A stretch of 64,000 bases of DNA from Flectonema sp. DT1601. Taxonomy: Eukaryota. Below are positions 58,103-64,000 of the stretch, piece by piece. The position numbers were made by a program, and so were the translations under genes. Each line of letters starts with the position of its first letter. Position 1 is the stretch's first letter. The notes below the pieces were generated by a model, which was not told the origin of the DNA, ran no database searches, and saw only the letters and a program-made list of their open reading frames with translations. The stretch spans positions 434,001 through 498,000 of the forward strand of contig OZ025784.1 in assembly GCA_964019425.1 (NCBI GenBank). The letters are read 5' to 3'.

Positions 58103-59454
58103 AGCTACTAAACTAGAAAAAAAAAAAAAAAAAAAAGTGCTCCCCGTTATCTTCTATCGCGTGGCACAGAATAGCAAGCCAGCTCTCAGCGTTACCACAT
58201 CTGAGGAATCAATGTGTGGATGGTTTATATCGACATCCCCACGTCTGTGTCTCTTAATGGTTTGTTGTGAAGAATCTTCACGTTGGCGTTTACAAAGAGC
58301 ATTTCCAGCAATTGGCATTTTGTTTTTTGTTAAAAACCTAGATGGCGTGTTGTGAAAATGAGACTTGAAAACAGTTGTCGAATAACACAGTCAATGGATT
58401 GAAGAGGGTACTTCGAGCATCATTGTTGTGAAGATCTGAAAGGGAAAGAAAAATATGCTTTGGAATAGTCTAAAGGGACTCCTTCTTTTTTCCGAAAAAG
58501 ACCTATCACACAGCACTCAGGCTTTAGGGTTTATTAAAAAAAGAAATTTCTTTTCCTTATCTGCTTTGCTTATTTTTTAATGGTGTTCGCATTTCTGTTT
58601 TATTTCTTAAGTTTTTTTTTCTTTTTTTCCAAATTTTTTTTCTTTTTTTCTGGTTTCTTTAGTCGTTCTTTCTAGAACAACAATTACATATATGCTTGAG
58701 GGGAAAAATTCTCACCTTTATGAGGAACACACTCCCACAGACGTGCACAAGGTAGCAACCCGTAAATACTGAAAAAAGATAATTATGGGGCGTTGGCCCC
58801 ATTATCTTATGGATGAACCAATGCTCATACCGCGGTATTTTTTTCATCAAAAAAAAAAAAAAAAAAAAAAAGGACACAGTAGGAATCAAACAAGGATGAA
58901 AGGGAAGTTCGAAAGCGCACACAAATTAACTTTATACTCACAATTACTCACAATCAACAGATGTTGATAAAAAACAAATGGTAAAAAAACGTGATAAACG
59001 AAACTGACTGGGGAGGGGGATGGGGCTTAGCTACTTCGCTACGGTAAACGGTAGCAGAAAGAAAGAAAAAATAAAAATAAAAAGAACAACACTATGCTTT
59101 TGAAAACGCTCTCTCTAAAAAGTAGCTGTGATGGCTTTAAAAAGGGAGTCCCCCACAATATTTTCTAAAAATGCGTACGCATTTTTGTAATAGCAATTAT
59201 AGTTTTTAAAAAAAAAAAAAAAAAAAAACGCGCTATTTTTTCAGTGGTTGTATTTTTTCTTTTTTTTTTTTTTTACCGAACGAAGAGTAGTCAAACTGCC
59301 TTTAAAAAAGAACAAATAATTATTACTTTTTATCTCCATCCGGCTATTCGTGAATTTATAATTAACACGCACCCACTCTTTTTTTTTATTTATTTTTTTT
59401 AATTATTATTCCAAACACACGCAACAAAAAACATTATTGTCATCACAATAACAT

Positions 59455-59487
<33 letters not shown>

Positions 59488-60692
59488 CGGTATAATTTGT
59501 CTGGAAAGCTGTAAGAAAAACAAAGTAACCGCATCCAAACAGGCTTTGATGACATTACCGAGTTGGTTTTTTTTTTTTGGCTTCTCAGGTGAACAAAAAA
59601 AAACAAATTGATACGAAGTGGAGTTTACATTCGAAGAGAGTGCCTTGAGTCATGTGTTACACTGGTATCAAAGAAACATAAAAAAAAGAATGAAAAAAAA
59701 AAATACAATTTTTTAAGGAAAAAAAACACATTTCCCAGCCATGTTAATTCTTGCAAGCAGAAAATGTGTTTCTCCCCTCTTTTTTTTTTTTTTTTTTTTC
59801 ACAAGGCATGATTTTCATCCCTGGAAATTGTAAGAAAAACGTACGTCGACAAGTGCTAGTTACCTTGCATTAGCTAATATATCATTACATGGGTAATTGT
59901 AATAAAAAAAAATAAAAAAACAAAAATAAAAATAAAAGAAATGCATTTAAGAAAACATGAATGGTGAAAACATTAAATAATTTGTTTTGCTGTTCCTAAA
60001 AAACATTACTTAAATCCTCAACACAACTGCAAACGAAGTACAACAAATGCTCTCTGAGTGTAGGGAATCGTTTAAAAAATGAAAGAAAAAGAAAAAATCC
60101 AAAATTGTTTTTCTCCACAGTACTTTTCGGAGTTTTTTTTTTTTTTTTCCCCACCACTAATTTTGCTGACAGGGGAAGAGAGGTTTCTGTCCAGTTGTTG
60201 TTGTTGTTGTTGTTGTTTTGAAAACTTTTATATTTTTCTTTCTTCTTTTTTAAATTTCTTTCTGAAAGATTTGCTGCCCCATTTGTGCCTTTGAGCCTTC
60301 AGTTCTTTATTTTCATGAGTTTAATAAACGAAAAACAACAAAAAAAAAAAAAAAAAAAAAAAAAGGAATCAAAAAGAAAAAAGAAAGAATGAAAAACGGT
60401 AGCTCGCTCGCAATCGGTTTCTTTTTTTCTTCTTTTTCTTTTTTTTTTTCCACTCTTTTTTTTTTTTTTTAAAAAAAGTTTTTTTTTACTTCCTCTTATT
60501 AAGAAACTAAAAAGCTATAAAAAAAGACTAACAACAGCTGAACTGGGCGTTTAATTTTTCGCAGTGTTACTATTCTGTCGGCACAAAAAGAATATCGAAC
60601 TTCCCTAACTATTTTACCATACGCGTGTCGAATAATACGTTGGCAGGTTTATCAATCGTGGAGGCCACTAAATGTATTTCTGCTACCTAGGA

Positions 60693-61496
60693 TTATTTCT
60701 TAAGTGAACGTCTCAAAGAACTGGCAGACATAGTACGCTTGCGATAACTACCACAACGTTTGCGACCAGATCTTGATAATTTTGATTGAGTTGCTTCATG
60801 CATCGGTCCGTAGTCTGGATCGGCTCCACCTCGAGGTGAGCTGACAGGACTATTACTGGCTTCAACGTAGTCTCCTTCATACTCCCGATTTAGAGATCTG
60901 ATAGAACCCGTACTGCCTTGTCTTCCTATTGCTTTCTGTGATCCATTAGACCGGATTGATCTGCTTCTATCTCTACTATTTGATGAAATATGTTGAACTC
61001 TCTTTGTGAGTGTCGCTTGAGTTTGTTTTTCATCAGATTTGAATGTGGCTACATAAATATGATGACCCGCAATTAACGTGGTATAAGCCAATACCCTGAC
61101 AGGAACAGATGAGAGCACATCTGATAAAATCCAGTGGAAATATTTGTAACCTGAAGTTGTTCTTAAAGCGAATGGAAGAACGCAAACTGCTCCACCAACA
61201 ATCAGTTTTGTTTTACTTATTAACTTACTTCTGTATAAGGAATACCAACTACCAAATCCACACATTACAAGAGTGATAATTGACAACAATGGTGGTGTGG
61301 GGGTATTGATTTCCCAAGTCATGTCACCACCAGCTCCTCCTATCTTTCTAGAAACAGCTCTCTTTGTTAACCAAGGTGCAGAAACACCTAACACTACCGT
61401 TAAGTCACGACAAATTCCAGAAGGAAGGTAGTGTTTAGCAACCTCTACAACGGAAACCCCTTCCGCCATTTTCAATACAAGACTCGCAATGTCCAT
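60693..61496 (-). CDS. Hypothetical membrane protein with Ser/Arg-rich tail, 267 aa
   Basis: Several hydrophobic segments; acceptor ttctctgacAG ~27 nt upstream of ATG. Confidence 0.72.
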   Translation of the reverse strand: MDIASLVLKMAEGVSVVEVAKHYLPSGICRDLTVVLGVSAPWLTKRAVSRKIGGAGGDMTWEINTPTPPLLSIITLVMCGFGSWYSLYRSKLISKTKLIVGGAVCVLPFALRTTSGYKYFHWILSDVLSSVPVRVLAYTTLIAGHHIYVATFKSDEKQTQATLTKRVQHISSNSRDRSRSIRSNGSQKAIGRQGSTGSIRSLNREYEGDYVEASNSPVSSPRGGADPDYGPMHEATQSKLSRSGRKRCGSYRKRTMSASSLRRSLKK

Positions 61497-61746
61497 CGCG
61501 TAGTTCTTTATAACTAACTAACTCTGTCAGAGAAAAATGATAATTTTAGTAAAACTCATGTGAGAGTTAATCAACATGATTCACATGATAACACACAACC
61601 ACATGACATAAATTAACCTGTCTCAAAGAGAGTAATTATTATTATGACTACACACTAGGAATACATATAAACAAGTCTTCAGAAGTATCTCACAGCTCAC
61701 AGTTGGCTTATTAACGGCAGCACTGTGCTTGGTAATCAGAACAGAA

Positions 61747-61779
<33 letters not shown>

Positions 61780-61875
61780 CAATTTTTCCAATGGTGCCCT
61801 AATAATAATATAAAAATAACGTTAATTAATTATTATTTTCGCTGGATCGCTTTCGAGTAGAGAACTACAATTCTG

Positions 61876-61925
61876 CTAGTCTAGTCTAGTCTGGTCTGGC
61901 TTGGTCAGGTCAGGTCAAGTAAGTA
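61876..61925. repeat. Drifting pentanucleotide microsatellite
   Basis: ctagt ctagt ctagt ctggt ctggc ttggt caggt caggt caagt aagt. Confidence 0.8.
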
Positions 61926-62265
61926 AAGCCGTCGGGTTGCTATGTGTCTTAATTTACATAAATAACACTCTAACAGCCATCATCACACATCCTATACTTA
62001 TTACCGGTGATAATCTGTCACCTATAACGTTACACTTGTAGCAGAATCCACGAACTCCGCGATGCTCTCTTAAGAATATAGCTGTTTGTTTTTCTTCTTT
62101 TTTTCCTTTCATACTTGTAAGTGAATAAGTTTACATACTGCTCCAGAAGTGTTTAGCGTACGTAGAGGTGCAAACGACGAGCAACATCACCATACAGAAT
62201 GCGTCAAAGTTAAAAAGGGCGGACATTTTTAGTTTGTTTTGTTTAATCACCCTGAGAGGAAAGTT

Positions 62266-62297
<32 letters not shown>

Positions 62298-62462
62298 CGA
62301 AATAGAACCTCAACAATCATTATTACTATCTCAACAGTTGAAATGGAACACTACAAGAATCACCATAAGCGAGTGGACATCCACATCGCACGCAAAGAAA
62401 ATATCACACGAGATCAGTAAGAAGCAACAGATAAGACAAAGGGAAGTGAGCAGGGGGACAAT

Positions 62463-63228
62463 TTAACTAACTGAGTCGAACCAGTCTTGGTCAAAGTCGT
62501 CTAGGTCTCTAATTTCCAGCGTCTGTTTTAGTTTTAGTTTTTTTTTTTTTTTAAATCTCAACTGCTACGTCAATCTAATTAAATTATAAACACACCTGAA
62601 CTATCTCGAACTCTTTTGAGACTTCGAGTTTCCACTTAGTCGCTCCCATTAACTTCTTTGGAGGTGCCTTTTGAGGACTGTAAAAGATGAAGACGAGAGG
62701 AGTCTTGACTCTACCGTCTGGCATAGTTTTAGTGTACGAGTAAAAAATGAATTTTGGATCAAGCTCGGTGAGTTCCTCAGCGATATCGTCGATGGTAGTG
62801 TCTTCCAGAAGGTCAACAAATTTCAGAGTTGCTCCGTCAGAACCGATTTCAGTTATACAAGCTGTGTCTTTGGCATTCCTTCCTAAGGTTTTCATCTTGT
62901 GCAGTGCTTCTGCAGCAGCTGCTTCTACAATAAGCCCACCTTTTGTGGTTCTTGCTACGGATTTTTCTTTCTTCTTTTCTTCTCTTTCGGCAGCTTTTTG
63001 CTTCTTGGCTTCGTCGTCTTGAGCCTTCTTTGCGACAGCTGCAGCTTCGTTGGCTTCTTTTTTCTTTGTTTCCTCTTCCATCTGTTGCGAGTCTCTCAGC
63101 TCAGATTTTAACGTTTTCAATGCAGATTCAAGAATCTGTTTTACTTTGTCGTGTTTTGCATTTTTTATGAAATTCTCTACTTCGGATACCTCCTTCTCTA
63201 TTGTCTCACTGCTGTCAAACATTCCCAT
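62463..63228 (-). CDS. Glia maturation factor-like ADF-H protein with N-terminal coiled-coil extension; intron 62523-62595
   Basis: DDIAEEL..PKFIFYSY..DGRVKTPLVFIFYSP, and the spliced C-terminus TLEIRDLDDFDQDWF, fit GMF. Likely start MGMFDS at 63228. Confidence 0.82.
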
Positions 63229-63485
63229 TGTTATTGAAAAAAGTATTCTTACCTGGAGTGGTGTAAATATTAATGCTAATATAAGATACAAGATAAAAAC
63301 TACAATCGTTTTTTCACCGCAAATCAATAATTAAAAGTATCTGACAGATAAAAGGGATTGATCTGTTTTACTTTATTGTGAGACACAACATTCTCTATTG
63401 GTTCACTGTGTCATTATTATCTGTTGTAGTGTGACAGCAATACAATAGTAAGTCTCTGAACATTCGATGAAATTTTTCGTAACAA

Positions 63486-63923
63486 TCAGCGATTCTTCTT
63501 TCCGTGGTCTGGAGGAGGTTGTCCGTATCCCTCAAAACTTGCTAAATTATTTAATATTTTTCGAAACAGAATCAGAGAGCAGACTAGTGGAGTAGTCACA
63601 CTCGCTCCACACACAATAGTGTTAGCCATTGAAGGAAACGAGCATGCGATTAACCTTACCGGGTAAAGTGGAAATTCAACGAAATATTTATGAGGCGTTG
63701 GATCACTACCGTTAAAATCACATGCCCACTCTGGACAGGTATCAAACGTTACTATCGACCAAACAGTTAACGAAAGCATAGTCAGTAAGACACACCAAGT
63801 TAATATTTCAGACATTAGATCTTCCGAAACGAGGAGATCTAACTCAGAAACCATTAGTTCTGCCCGTGCCATTCCTGTTTGATAAATCACTTCTTCAAGT
63901 GGTTCTTGTTCTCCATAACTCAT
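63486..63923 (-). CDS. Hypothetical small membrane protein, 145 aa
   Basis: Two hydrophobic segments; acceptor gtttttttcAG ~12 nt upstream of ATG. Confidence 0.65.
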   Translation of the reverse strand: MSYGEQEPLEEVIYQTGMARAELMVSELDLLVSEDLMSEILTWCVLLTMLSLTVWSIVTFDTCPEWACDFNGSDPTPHKYFVEFPLYPVRLIACSFPSMANTIVCGASVTTPLVCSLILFRKILNNLASFEGYGQPPPDHGKKNR

Positions 63924-64000
63924 TGTTTGTATCTTCTGAAAAAAACGAAAGAGTAAAATAAGATATAATACAATAATAATATAAAATCTATTTTAAAAAA

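Noticed and set aside
61906..61990. Box C/D candidate (GUGAUGA...AGCAACCCGAC...CUGA)
   Set aside because: The CUGA comes from the pentamer microsatellite, and the rRNA-like 11-mer is not followed by a D or D' box.
1..64000. tRNA, SL RNA or spliceosomal snRNA genes
   Set aside because: No cloverleaf, spliced-leader 39-mer or Sm-site/U-snRNA signature recognised by eye; a tRNAscan/Infernal run is needed to exclude them.

Overview
AT-rich eukaryotic DNA with long poly(A)/poly(T) tracts. All 24 protein genes I can support lie on the minus strand. Some are separated by under 100 bp, most start shortly after a T-rich ...AG acceptor, and the introns are short GT-AG. This points to a euglenozoan, probably diplonemid-like, directional gene cluster (taxon is inference). 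Genes: WW-domain protein, Ala-rich protein, PP2C-like/TM/cyclase-like/STE-kinase fusion, LRRC40-like protein, large Ig-like-repeat protein, lipidated PTP-family phosphatase, M1 aminopeptidase, DeSI/PPPDE peptidase, 1838-aa cadherin-like surface protein, NCKX exchanger, GMF-like protein and several hypotheticals. Between 34.7 and 57.8 kb there are eight near-identical intron-split copies, plus one divergent copy, of a 91-aa cold-shock-domain gene with a mitochondrial-type presequence (RBP16-like). The main finding is that the intron of copy 6 is expanded to 2.5 kb by 14 tandem 176-bp units. Each unit encodes, on the transcribed strand, a 77-nt double-guide box C/D snoRNA with two 12-nt antisense elements to the LSU rRNA peptidyl-transferase/A-loop region. 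A 1.36-kb TIR transposon (Sola-like, internally deleted) lies between copies 7 and 8. Everything was read by eye; no searches were run.
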